Of a DNA stretch of 64,000 nucleotides, positions 24,790 to 36,699 are shown piece by piece. Position numbers and translations under genes: made by a program. Within the stretch, counting starts at the first letter, position 1; each line of letters begins with the position of its first letter. Below the pieces are notes generated by a model. It made no database searches and was not told the DNA's origin. It worked only from the letters and a program-made list of their open reading frames with translations. Source of the stretch: Heterodontus francisci (taxonomy: Eukaryota). The stretch is from positions 10,106,001-10,170,000 of the forward strand of contig NC_090404.1 in the NCBI RefSeq assembly GCF_036365525.1, written 5' to 3'.

Positions 24790-27700
24790 ACAATAGAAAA
24801 TCCATGTACACCACATCAACATCATTACTCTCATTAACTCTCTCTACTACCTCCTCAAAAAACTGCAGCAAGTTAGTTAAACATGATTTTCCCTTAATAA
24901 ATCTATGCCGACTTTCCTTTATGAACTCGCATTTGTCCATGTGAGTATTAAATTTGTCTGGAATTATTTTTCTGGACGTTTTCCCACAACCGAAGTTAAA
25001 CTGACTGGCCTGTAATTGCTGAGCTTATCTTTACACTCTTTTTTGAACAAGGTTGTGATGTTTGCAATTCGCCAGTCCTCTGGCGCCGCTCCCGAGTCTA
25101 AGGAAGACTGAAAAATTCTTTCCAGTGTCTCCGTGATTTCCACCCTCACTTCCCTCAGTATCCTTGCATGCATCTCCTCCGGTCCTGGTGATTTATCCAC
25201 TTTAAGTACAGACAGCCTATCTAATACGTCCTTTTTTAAACAATTTTAACCCCTTTTAGTGTCTGCCTTTCCTCCTCTTTCACCATTGCCTGGATTGCAT
25301 TCTCTTCCTTGGTAAAGATAGATGCAAAGTTTTCACATAATACCTCAGCTATGCCCTCGGCCTCCGTGTGTAAATCTCCTTTAGGGTTCGTAATCGGCCC
25401 CCACTCCTTCTCTTACCACCCTTTCATTATTTATATGTCAATAGAAAACTTTGGGATTTCCTTTAATGCTAGCTGACTGTCTCTTTTCATGCTCTCTCTT
25501 TGCTTCTCTTATTTGCTTGCTGATTTTCCCTCTGGACTTCAGGTATGCAGCCTTGCTCTCAATAGTATTTTCTATCTGTCATTAGAACATTTTTTCTTCT
25601 TTATTTTAATCACTGCCTCTTTTGTCATCCATGGAGACCTGGATTTGTTTGCCCTACCTTTCGCCGTCGAGGGAACATACCTTGACTGTGCCCAAACTAT
25701 CTCTTCTTTGAAGGTAGCCCATTGCTCCGCTACTGTTTCTTCCTGACAACCTCGGCTCCAGTTTATTCGCCCCAGCTCCATCCTCACACCAAGGAAGTTG
25801 ACCCAGTTCATTATTCTTCCTTTGGATTGTTCTTTTTCCTTTTCCATAGTCAACCTAAAACTTATGAAACAATGATCACTATCCCCTAAATGCTCTCCTA
25901 CTGATACTTGATCCACTTGGCCCACCTCATCCCCCAAGAACCAGGTCCAGCAGTGCCTCCTTTCTCATTGGACGGGCAACGTACCATGTAGAAAATTTTT
26001 CTGAACACACTCTGGGAACTCTTCCCCCTCACTTCCCTTTACACTACCACTATCCCAGTCTATGTTTGAATAATTAACACCCATCCCTCACTCCCCATTA
26101 TCACTACCCTATAATTTTGCACCTCCCTGTACTTTTCTTGCAAATTTATTCTTCCACGTCCCTCACACAAGCTGGTGACCTGTAAACAACGCCGAGCAAG
26201 GTAACTGCACCTTTTTTGTTCCTTAGCTCTAGCCAAATTGATTCTTTCTTCGAGACCCCCGGACATTCTTTTCTTCTAACACTGCAATGCTCTCCTTACT
26301 CAATACCGCCACCCCCTCCCCGTCTTTTCCCTTTCCTATCTTTCCTGAACACTTTGCATTAAGGCATATTTAACACCCAGCCCTGCTCTTCATTGAGCCA
26401 GCTCTCTGTTATAGCCACAACATCATACATCCACATGGTAACCTGCGCATGTAACTCACCAATCTTATTTACCACACTCCGCGCATTCACATATATGCAC
26501 AGTAGCCCCTGCTTTAGAATTTATTACTTTCTTCCTTACTCTGACCCCACCTAAAAACATATTCTTCCCTGCTCTCGTGCTATCTATCTCCCCCAGTATT
26601 CTGTGCACCTTGGTATTCCCACACCCTTGGCAAGTTACCAGTTTTTTCCACTCCAATCTGAGCTCCCTCTAAGGTTTCCATCCCCCTGCCAATCTAGTTT
26701 AAACCCTCCCCAACAGCACGAGCAAATCTGCCTGCAAGGATATTCGTCCCAGTCCTGCTAAGATGCAATCCCTTCATCTTGTACAGGGACCCACCTGCCC
26801 CAGAACTGGTCCCAATGTTTCAGAAATCTGATGCCCTCCCTCCTACACCGGTTCTCCAGCCTCGTGTTCCTCCTATTCCTATGCTCACTTGCTCGTGGGA
26901 CAGGGAGTAATTCTGAGATAACTGCATTTGATGTCCTGTTTTTTAATCTCAATCTTAGCTCTCCAAAATCTGCTTTCAGGACCTCATCCTCCCTTCCTAC
27001 CTGTGTCATTGGTGCCAACGTGGACCACGACCTCTGGCTGTTCACCCGACCCCGTGACATCTTTGACCCTGATCCCAGAAAGGCAACGCACCAACTTGGA
27101 GTCGCGTCTACAGCCGCAAAAACGCCTGTCTATTCCCTTAACTAACGAGTCCCCTATCGCTACTGCTCTTACACTCTTCTGCCTCCCCTCCTGTGCAGCT
27201 GAGCCACCTGTGGTGCTACAAACCTGGCTCTGACTGCACTCCTCCGAGGAACCATTGCCCTCACCAGTATCCAAAATGGAAAACCGATTAGCGAGTGAGA
27301 TCACATCAGGGGACTCCTGCACTAAATGCCTGGTTCTCTTAAACTGCCTGGCGGTCACTCTTTCCCTATCTGCCTGCATGCTCCTATCCTGTGCTGTGAC
27401 CACCTCCCTAAATGTGCTGTCAACGTAGTTTTGTGCCTTGCGGATGCACAACAGTGACTCCAGCCGCTGCTCGAGTTCCAAAATCCCAGAGCTCAAACGT
27501 CTGCAGCCGGTAACACTTCCTGAACATGTGTTTGGCTCGGACATATGGTGCGTCCATGACTTCCCACATACCACAGGCTGTATATTCCACTCGGCAGAGC
27601 TGCCCTGCCATACCTTAATTTTACAGACCATATTTTATAAGCTTACCAGTCACTCACCAAACAGCTCCTTCCACTGCACCGAAGTAGGAAACAAATAGTG
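24790..27700 (-). mobile_element. CR1 LINE, 5' half (ORF1 with SGNH esterase-like domain; ORF2 endonuclease/RT fragments), degraded
   Basis: IGDSLVKG...VVVHVGTND in ORF1; HLGDSDH, WRIANITTLFKK, NYRPVSLTSVVGK and SCLTNLLQFFE in ORF2. Confidence 0.88.
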
Positions 27701-27729
27701 GAGGGTTAAAAAAGTAGAAAAAAGGAGCC

Positions 27730-28572
27730 GAAGGATGTTGTAGGGTACAGAGGGACATAGATAGGCTGCAGAGCTGGGCTAAGAGATGGCAAATGGAGTT
27801 TAATGCGGAAAAGTGCGAGGTGATTCACTTTGGAAGGAGTAACGGGAATGCAGAGTACTGGGCTAATGGGAAGATTCTTGGTAGTGTAGATGAACAGAGA
27901 GATCTTGGTGTCCAGGTGCATAAATCCCTGAAGGTTGCTACCCAGGTTAATAGAGCTGTTAAGAAGGCATATGGTGTGTTAGCTTTTATTAGTAGGGGGA
28001 TCGAGTTTCGGAGCCACGAGGTCATGCTGCAGCTGTACAAAACTCTGGTGAGACTGCACCTGGAGTATTGCGTGCAGTTCTGGTCACCGCATTATAGGAA
28101 GGATGTGGAAGCTATGGAAAGGGTGCAGAGGAGATTTACTAGGATGTTGCCTGGTATGGAGGGAAGGTCTTACGAGGAAAGGCTGAGGGACTTGAGGTTG
28201 TTTTCGTTGGAGAGAAGGAGGAGGAGAGATGACTTAATAGAGACATATAAGATAATCAGAGGGTTAGATAGGGTGGATAGTGAGCGTCTTTTTCCTCGGA
28301 TGGTGATGGCAAACACGAGGGGACATATCTTTAAGTTGAGGGGTGATAGATATAGGACAGATGTCAGTGGTAGTTTCTTTACACAGAGAGTAGTAGGGGC
28401 GTGGAACGCCCTGCCTGCAACAGTAGTAGACTCGCCAACTTTAAGGGCATTTAAGTGGTCATTGGATAGACATATGGATGAAAATGGAATAGTGTAGGTT
28501 AGATGGTTTCACAGGTCGGCGCAACATCGAGGGCCGAAGGGCCTGTACTGCGCTGTAATGTTCTAATTCTAA
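27730..28572 (+). mobile_element. CR1 LINE 3' fragment nested in the older CR1
   Basis: ORF 27793-28497 (FNAEKCEVIHFG...LEYCVQFWSP...FFTQRVV) and tail gggccgaagggcctgtactgcgctgtaatgttcta. Confidence 0.92.
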
Positions 28573-29415
28573 CTTCACCGAACACCCCACTCACTAAACT
28601 CGTATCTCCACACTCTGCTTACAATATGCACTCCGTTTGCAGGCTTCACCCGTACTTCTGCATTTATACTTTTTGAAGCTGAAACTGCAGCAATCAGATT
28701 GGACGAGTTAGCTACTTAACTGATCAGCTACTCTGCAGTCCAGCTTGTTAATCCCTGCCTAAAACATGAAGAAACTTACTTTACTTTCTTAACTTACTTT
28801 ACTTTGTTTGGAGGGTAAATCCCAGTTACATGCTACCTGCAGGCCAAAGTTTAAGAAAAATACTGACACTTAAAATCCCCACTCACCAAACTCGTATCTC
28901 CAGACTTTGCTTGCAATCTGCACCCCGTTTTCACGGCTATGTTATATATTGTGGGATTTTATTGTAACTGCTTCCATTTTAAACTTGTTTCTGAGTTTTT
29001 AAAATTATATTTGTCGATTATAGCTGTTTCTATTAATGAAACGCTTTCAGAAGCTCTTTGAAACGGGGGACTATGGAAATTGATTTTTCGATATTCTGTA
29101 TTATCAAGGAATACGTAGAGGGATACAAGACAGAGAAAGCGAGAGAGCGGCTCAGAGACAAAGAGATTGGAAATAGAGATACAGAGAGGCTGAACGACGG
29201 AGGAAGACAGACAGACATCGAGACAAAGAGAGAGCCAGAGACACGGCGAAAGACAGAGGAGGAAGAGAAACAATCAAAACAAACACTTGTTCTGCAATCT
29301 ACGCTGATTGGACACCAACTGTCGTCAATTCTGACAGACCGGCCAATCCTGTCCCTGGGAAATACCCCTGAGTTTCTCAACAAGTGGAGTTTGCTCCCGA
29401 GACGAGCTTACTCTT

Positions 29416-29440
29416 TGACATCAGAGTCAACATATTTAAA
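29416..29440 (+). promoter_or_regulatory. V promoter: CRE-like TGACATCA and TATA-like ATATTTAAA
   Basis: Motifs lie immediately upstream of the leader at 29455. Confidence 0.5.
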
Positions 29441-29454
29441 ACATTCTGTTATTT

Positions 29455-29944
29455 ATGTGGAACTCTAAACCAGGCAGCATTTTCTCCCCATGTTCCTTAA
29501 TAATATTTGTCGTGCTGCTCAGTGAGTCTTTGAGGTCAGTGTCTGTTCTGTGGGTTATATTCACTCCCAGACATTTGATAAATTCCGTTTTTGGTTACAG
29601 GATCCAATGGAGAAGATTCAGTGTCCCAGGATCCGCCTGAATTAGCGGTTCGGGAAGGACAGACCATAATACTGAACTGCACTTACTCGACAGCTGTTCT
29701 TCCAAATCTGTTCTGGCGCATCCACTATCCCAGGGAAGCTCCGAGATATTTGTTGAAGAAATACAGCACGGGGCATGGAGGTAAGTCTACAAATTTCCCA
29801 GACAGGTTTTCTGCTGCCTTACACAAAGGAAACAAAACGGTTCCTTTAAATACCACCGGGGTTCTTCTCTCCGTCACCGCCGTGTGTTTCTTTACCATGG
29901 AGCCCACACTGCTGCAGAGATTTCGCAGATCCCGTAGAAAAACC
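29455..29944 (+). pseudogene. TCR alpha/delta V segment with open frame but no second conserved Cys (probably non-functional)
   Basis: Leader 29455-29521 (gtgagt donor). V exon 29601-29904: GEDSVSQDPPELAVREGQTIILNCTYST..LFWRIH..PDRFSA..VTAVCFFTME. RSS CACACTG-24-AGAAAAACC. Confidence 0.85.
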
Positions 29945-29968
29945 CATGCTGAGAATTCCCGCTGGTGT

Positions 29969-29982
29969 TCAGCAGAGGGCGC
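29969..29982 (+). promoter_or_regulatory. CTCF-like motif just 3' of a V RSS
   Basis: tcagcagagggcgc, about 25 bp after the nonamer. Confidence 0.6.
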
Positions 29983-30574
29983 TCTCACACTGATAAACAG
30001 AAACAATAATTCGGCCTCCACAGAGAGATTTAAAGGGACCTTCTTAAAAGTTTCCAAAACACACAACGCTCAACATGAACAGCTGTGAATCACTTGCGAA
30101 GTTACAATAGTTAATTTCATGTATACTAAGATGAATTTCACAAATTCAGTTGTGGTGTATTAACTTACATTTTGCCTCTTGATGTCCTTTCCTCCCCGGT
30201 CTGAATTATTGCGCAGCCCCTTCCCCATCTACGCTGCCAGTTTCATGGTCCTTTGATGACAGCCAGTCCACAGACTCAGTGATTGCGCCCTTCAGAACAC
30301 GGACCGACCACCGAATTCCATCAATGTCCATCGTCTTTTCGAGTATCTTTTTAATGTTTCACTGTTTTCTGTTACTATTCCGCCTTACAATAACCAGACC
30401 AGGGTCTCAATCCCACCCGCTCTCTAACTGGGTAACCATTCCCTTATAAGGACACCGTCTGTAGCCCAATTCGGGGTGTTTCCATTCACTGGCAGCCAGT
30501 TCATCGCATGTGGATCTCACAGCAGCACGGCGGACACAAGGAAGTGAGATGAGAGCATCCTGTGTTTGTTACAG

Positions 30575-30812
30575 TGATGAGTGGCGCAAACTCAGTGCTC
30601 CAGGATCTGTCTGAGTTAACGGTTCCGGGAGAACAGACCGTAATGTTCAGCTGTAGTTATTCCACATCCGAAAGTTTTCTCTACCTCTATTGGTGCAAAC
30701 AATATTCAAGGTAAGCTCCAAGATATTTATTGAGGCGATATAACTCGGGGCATGGAGATAAGTCTCAGAATCCCAGACCGGTTCTGTGTTGAGTTGGATA
30801 AGGACAAAGACA
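30575..30812 (+). pseudogene. Truncated TCR alpha/delta V pseudogene (paralog of 29601)
   Basis: ttgttacag|; NSVLQDLSELTVPGEQTVMFSCSYSTSESFLYLYWCKQYSR*APRYLLRRYNSGHGDKS, then a frameshift; FR3 end and RSS are missing. Confidence 0.85.
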
Positions 30813-30931
30813 ACAATATAACTGTTCGATATAGAAACGAGAGACTCATTGTTCTCCGTGAGCCTGAAAGCAAACTAATGTCGCCGATAAAAGTACCAAA
30901 GAGCATTTAACGGAGCGCAAATAGTCGCTGA

Positions 30932-30970
30932 GGTTTTTGTACGGGGTCTTGGGTTCTATCTAACGCTGTG
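30932..30970 (-). other. Near-consensus 23-RSS of the intact TCR V
   Basis: CACAGCG-23 nt-ACAAAAACC on the minus strand. Confidence 0.95.
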
Positions 30971-31263
30971 CCTCACTGAACAGTAATAGACCGCCCCATC
31001 CTCCACACTCAGGTCGCTTATATTGAGGTAACCATACTTTCTAGACTTGTCAGCAGCCGCAAGATATTGTCCCGAGATTTCGTTTTCCTTCAGTGCTACT
31101 GCTTTGGTAATAATCCAGTTTGGAGGCTGTGCCGATTTCTGCCGATACCATTGCATGCTGTTTATAGCTGGAGTTGTATATTCGCAATCTAACTGCACCG
31201 AACTCCCTTCTGACACGGTTATTATCACCGGAGATTGACTTACTGGATCTGCGCATAGTCCGC
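30971..31263 (-). CDS. Intact TCR alpha/delta-type V exon
   Basis: ttcacag|; GLCADPVSQSPVIITVSEGSSVQLDCEYTTPAINSMQWYRQKSAQPPNWII...LNISDLSVEDGAVYYCSVR. Both Cys and WYRQ are present; the framework is unlike VH. Confidence 0.88.
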
Positions 31264-31465
31264 CTGTGAAGGTAGAGGAATAAAGAACAGGAGGTTAAAG
31301 GGGATAAGTCTAAAATTGTGTCTGTCTGTGTAAGTGTGTGCAACCTTCCATCTACCCAGCTGTCCATAATAAGGATATTTCTGATCGCAAATTACATAAA
31401 ATCCGAGTACAAACCCTTAGCAGAAATCTGCTAACCTGCCTTGATTAAGCTAATCCAGTACTTAC

Positions 31466-31499
31466 TGTCCAACACAGCCGCCAGTATTATTAGAAACAT
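31466..31499 (-). CDS. Leader exon of the intact TCR V (MFLIILAAVLD)
   Basis: 34 nt, phase 1, donor gtaagt; splices in frame to 31263. Confidence 0.85.
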
Positions 31500-31623
31500 G
31501 TCTGACTGAATTCCTCGCAGTGATTGGAATGGAATGCGCCAAAGATTAAGGAAGGGGGAGAGGTAACCTGGGGCCTTTTCAGCTCATCGTTCCACCCACA
31601 CACTGCAGGGGGCGGTCCTATTG

Positions 31624-31708
31624 TGACCTCACTCAGGCTGCGATCCTTATTGGCCTTGGCGCTGGCATCACTGTGATCACCATTTTTGAACTTGGCGCCC
31701 TCTGCTGG
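31624..31708 (-). promoter_or_regulatory. TCR V promoter: decamer-like AGTGAGGTCA and strong CTCF motif CCAGCAGAGGGCGCC
   Basis: 31624-31633 and 31694-31708 on the minus strand, 125-210 bp upstream of the ATG. Confidence 0.6.
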
Positions 31709-31869
31709 CAGATTCTGTCCACTCAGGTTTCGAATGGGGCAATTGAGTTTTATTGATTTTACATGCCGAAACATGGATATCAGAAGGTGTCTCTCAGAAA
31801 TCAAAATTGCAGCTGATCAGTTTATTGTCGTTGATTTTAATCCAGAAAGTGATGCTAATCATTTCTAAA

Positions 31870-32360
31870 TCAATGCTTAGATATCAGCTAGAGTTCTGTG
31901 TCCAATTATGGTCATCACTGTTCAAGACATTGGAGAAAGTGGGGAGGAGAGACAGGAGATACCAGGGATGAAAAACTTTTATGTGAACAGATCGGAGAAA
32001 CTGGGAATGTTCTCTTTATAACAAAGAAGTTTAAGGGAAGACTTCCTTGAGATGGCCAAATTTATAAGTGCTTTTGATAGAGTAGGTCGCACATAACTGT
32101 TTCCAATAGCAGAAAATTCAATAACTCAAGCACCCAGATTTAAGAGAATTAAGGAAAAAGACAAGGAAAGATTAGATTTCGTCATTGCACTGTGTTTTCT
32201 TAACATGTGGAATGCACTGCCTAAAAGGGTGGCGGGAGAAGATTCCATAGTAACGTTCAAAGGGGACTTGTATATAACTTGAAAAAACTGTAGAAAATGC
32301 GGGGCTGAAAGATGAGAGCTCTTTCAAAGAAGCACAGGCCGAATGGCCTCATTCCGTGCT
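31870..32360 (+). mobile_element. Old CR1 3' fragment
   Basis: Decayed LEFCVQLWS and tail ggccgaatggcctcattccgtgct. Confidence 0.7.
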
Positions 32361-32720
32361 CTAGGGTTCTATTATTCTCGACCCTACAAGCCCCTCCCAC
32401 TCTACTTGTTGCCATTCAGTTGAACAGTGCGCAGGTGCAGGATGGCCACAACCTTCTGGAGATTCAACCGTCGCTATTTCCGCTCCATCAGTTCCGAGTG
32501 CAGCTGAGTGTCGCCGCATCCTTCGCTCAATTTTGAGTCTGCGGTATCCCCGCCCACAGCTTCCGTTTGCTGCTCTCACTCTGACCCAATTGTGTTATTG
32601 GAGAGATTGCTGCCGCTGGTCTATTCTTGTCATTGGTTGGATCAGCAGTGCAGTGGGACGGAGATCTGTACTTCTGTTCCGAAAGAGAACCGCATTGCAG
32701 TTACAGATTTAGGAAGTATT

Positions 32721-33208
32721 ATGGGGAACCGTCTCGCACCTTTCATCATTCTCAGTATTTCCTTCCCAGTGAAAATCCATTCTCTCCTGATTGCTGTAAC
32801 CCAGATGATATTGTTGGTACAATAATAGTGACGGTAGTGATGACGGTTATGTTGATCGATATGAGGCTGATACTGATTGGTGCTATTACTATTTTCATAT
32901 CAGAATGGAGCTACCAAGCCACACTGGAACAGCCAATTGCTGAAATGACGGTTGAGTAGCGTCACATTAACCTGCACCTTGAAAGCAAACGATCCTGACC
33001 CTTAAGTGTACTGGTCCAGTCAGCGCCCCGGGCAGCCTCCACAGTACATGCTTCCTCTTATTGGAGGGAATGTATACAGGGATGCCAAACATGACTGATC
33101 GGTTTTCTTTTATTATTCAGTAAAACCTCCAATATCGCCAAGTTAACGATCGACAACAGCCTGATCTCTGACAGCGCCGTGTATTTCTCTGTTATGGTGC
33201 CCACACTG
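32721..33208 (+). pseudogene. TCR delta/alpha-type V pseudogene; RSS split by a CR1
   Basis: Leader-like MGNRLAPFIILSISFP at 32721. V exon 32904-33201: ATLEQPIAEMTVE*..VTLTCTLK..VYWSSQRPGQPPQYML..TDRFS..LTIDNSLISDSAVYFSVM, with stops and frameshifts. Heptamer CACACTG at 33202-33208. Confidence 0.82.
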
Positions 33209-33219
33209 CTGCAGTGAGG

Positions 33220-35383
33220 CCGATTTCAATATGATAAAGCAGGATCCGGCCAAAGTGGCTCGGAAATTCTACATCCGACCAGTGGGAATCATTCAAAAAA
33301 GAAATAGTGAGAGTTCAGAGCCAACATGTTCCCGTAGAGGTGAAGGGTAGGACCAACAAGTCCAGGGAACGCGGGTTGTCAAGGGATATAGGGGATTGGA
33401 TAAGGAAAAAAGAAGAGGCTTGTTGTAGATTCAGAGGGCTGAAAACAGAGGAGGCCTTGGAGAAGTATAGAAAGTGTAGGGGGCTACTTAAAAAAGTAAT
33501 TACGAGAGTGAAGAGAGGGCATGAAAAAACACTGCCGGGCAAGATAAAGGAAAATCCCAAAGCATTTTGTAAGTATATTAAGAGCAAGAGGATAACCAGG
33601 AAAAGAGTAGAGCCCATTAGGGACCAACGTGGCAATCTGTGTGTGGAGCCGAAGGGCGTAGGTGAGGTTTTAACTGCTTACTTTTCATCTGTTTTCACTA
33701 TGGAGAAGGACGATGTAGGTGTAGAGATCAGGGAGGGGGATTGTGAGATACTCGAACAAATTAGGATTGAAAGGGAGGAGGCATTAGAGGTTTTAGCGGG
33801 CTTAAAAGTGGATAAATCCCAGGCCCAGATGAGATGTATCCCAGGCTATTATGTGAGGCAAGGGTGGAGATAGCAGGGGCTCTGACACAAATTTTCAAAT
33901 CGTCTCTGGCCAGAGGAGAGGTGCCAGAGGACTGGAGGACAGCGAGTGTGGTACCATTATTCAAGAAGGTTAGCAGGGATAAACCAGCTAATTACAGGCC
34001 AGTGAGTTTAACATCAGTGGTAAGGAAACTATTGGAAAAAATTCTGAGGGACAGGATTAATCGCCACTTGGAGAGTCAGGTATTAATCAGGGATAGTCAG
34101 CATGGCTTTGTTAGGGGGACACCATGCCTAACAAACTTGATTGAATTTTTCAAGGAGGTGACTAGATGTGTAGATGAGGGTAAAGCAGTTGATTCATTCT
34201 ACATGGACTTCAGTAAGGCTTTTGATAAGGTTCCGCATGGGAGATTGGTTAAGAAGGTAAGAGCCCATGGGATCCAGAGTAATTTGACAAATTGGATCCA
34301 AAATTAGCTTAGTGGCAGGAGGTAGAGGGTGATGGTCGAGGGTTGTTTTTGTGATGGGAAGCCTGTGATCAGTGGTGTACCGCAGGGATCAGTGCTGGGA
34401 CCCTTGATGTTTGCAGTGTACATTAATGATTTAGACGTGAATATAGGAGGTATGATCAGTCAGTTCGCAGATGACACGAAATTGGTGGCCTCGTAAATAG
34501 TAAGGAGGAAAACCTTAGATTAACGGACGATATAGATGGGCTGGTAAAATCGGCAGAGCAGTGGCAAGTGGAATTTAATCCTGAGAAGTGTGCGGTGATG
34601 CATTTCGGGAGGACAAATAAAGCAAGGGGAATATACAATGGATGGTAGGACCCTAGGAAGGACAGAGTGTCAGAGGGACCTTGGTGTCCTTTTCCATAGA
34701 TCACTGAAGGCAGCAGCACAGGTGGATAAGGTGGTTAGGAAGGCATATGGGATACTTGCCTTTATTAGATGAGGCATAGAATATAAGAGCAGGGAGGTTA
34801 TGATGGATCTGTATAAAAAGCTGGTTAGGCCACAGCTGGAGTACTCTGTACAGTTCTGGTCGCCACATTATATGAAGGATGTGATTGCACTGCAGCGGGT
34901 GAAGAGGAGATTCACCAGGATGTTGCCTGGGCTGGAGCATTTCAGCTATGAAGAGAGACTGGATAGGCCTGGGTTGTTTTCCTTAGAGCAGAGAAGGCTG
35001 AGGGAGGACCTCATTGATTTATACAAAATTATGAGGGCATAGCTGGGTATAAAGGAAGAAACCTTTTCCATTCGCAGAGGTGTCAATAACCAGGGGGCAT
35101 GGATTTAAGGTAAGGGGCAACAGGTTTAGAGTGGATTTGACGAAAAAAAATTTCACCCAGAGGGTGGTTGGAATCTGGAACACACTGCCTGAAGGAATGG
35201 TAGAGGCAGGAACCCTCACAACATTTAAGAAGTATTTAGATGAGCATTTGAAATGCCATAGCATACAACGCTTCGGGCCAAGTGCTGGAAAATGGGATTA
35301 GAATACATAGGTGCTTGACGGCCGGCACGGGCACGATGGGCCGCAGGACCTGTTTCTGTGCTGTCTAACACTATGACTCTATG
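33220..35383 (+). mobile_element. CR1 LINE, 5'-truncated ORF2 with RT and 3' tail
   Basis: [49 protein letters not shown]; tail ...ctatgactctatg. Confidence 0.93.
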
Positions 35384-35440
35384 AGATGTTGCGGATCCTT
35401 GATTTAAAAAAAAACCTAAATTGAGAGTTCCAGTTAGTGC

Positions 35441-35454
35441 TCAGCAGAGGGCGC
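35441..35454 (+). promoter_or_regulatory. CTCF-like motif in the displaced 3' flank of the 32.9-kb V
   Basis: tcagcagagggcgc in a flank homologous to 29945-29998. Confidence 0.6.
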
Positions 35455-36699
35455 TCTCACTCCGATAAAGCGAAATAGGCAAAAAAGAAATACTCAATAA
35501 CAAGCGTGGTCCATTTGTAGAATTATATTATTTTGTGATTTCAAATCACATGTATAATAAAAAATAATCTTCACAAATGCACCTTTGGGGCCTGAAACGG
35601 CCTTTTGTCTTTCGATGTCTTTTCCCTGTCTGTTCCTTTCATCGCTTGTTCCAACTTTCATAATCATTTCAATTTCCATTCTGCAGTTTAAAGACATCAA
35701 ACTTTTTATTTCTGCTCGGCATAGTAATTCAGAACCGTTGCAATCCAGCTTCGCATGAACTTTCAGATCAGGTCACTGATTAAACACAGACTTTCTCACG
35801 CCTTATCCACGGACATCTGAACACTTTTTGGAATATTCATCGGAGTGCATCAAATCGCAGAGTTCCGTCCGAGCAGCGAGTTAAAATTCCAGTTTCTCCA
35901 TAAACCGAGCCTCTTTTGGAATAAATGTAGGTTTAATAGTTGAAATGAACTTACCTCCATGGGTTGGGAAGCCACATCCGGCAATAACCTTCACACACAT
36001 CCACATATCGAAGGATTGACTACCGATATTAAGCAGCGAACAGGACAGGTGAGTGGAAGATGTGGAAAAGGATATTAAAATGTGAATGTCAGACACACCC
36101 TGAGAACTGATTTCTGAAGCAATTCACTGTACCGTTAGTGAAGATCGATGTTAAAGGAGAGAAAGGCAAACCGAAACCGCCTGTATTTTTGTTTCTTTTT
36201 CTGCTCCACTCCTTTTTCTATTCTGGGTAAAAGTTTTATGGACAGGTTTTCATGTCCTGCTGGTGTTGGGGTCTTGTTAATGAGAACGCGCCCTCCACCT
36301 CACCCTGGAGACTTTGAACCAGCACCCGCGCTTTGCTCCGTCCCATTTTCAGCCGGTGAGCGGCAAATTGCTAAAAAGCACCGATCCGCCACTCTTCCAA
36401 TTCTCTCTCATCGTAAATCCAAAATCTGAAGATTATGGATGTTTAGATTCACAACTACGAGAAAAAAAGAATGTCATAATTCAACAGAAAGAATTTAAAC
36501 AGCATTTTAAATGGAAACGAGGGAAGAGGCCGGTCCTGGAAACCATGCCGAAATTACAGTCAGAGTTTATTTTTTATGTCTGTTCAGTTGTTTGCTCAGT
36601 CACAGCAGAGATAATCGCTCTGATAATACAGAATTATTGTTAGTTCACTAGTTAACTGATCGGTGAGGGAAATCTTACTGGACTAACAATAACCAATGT

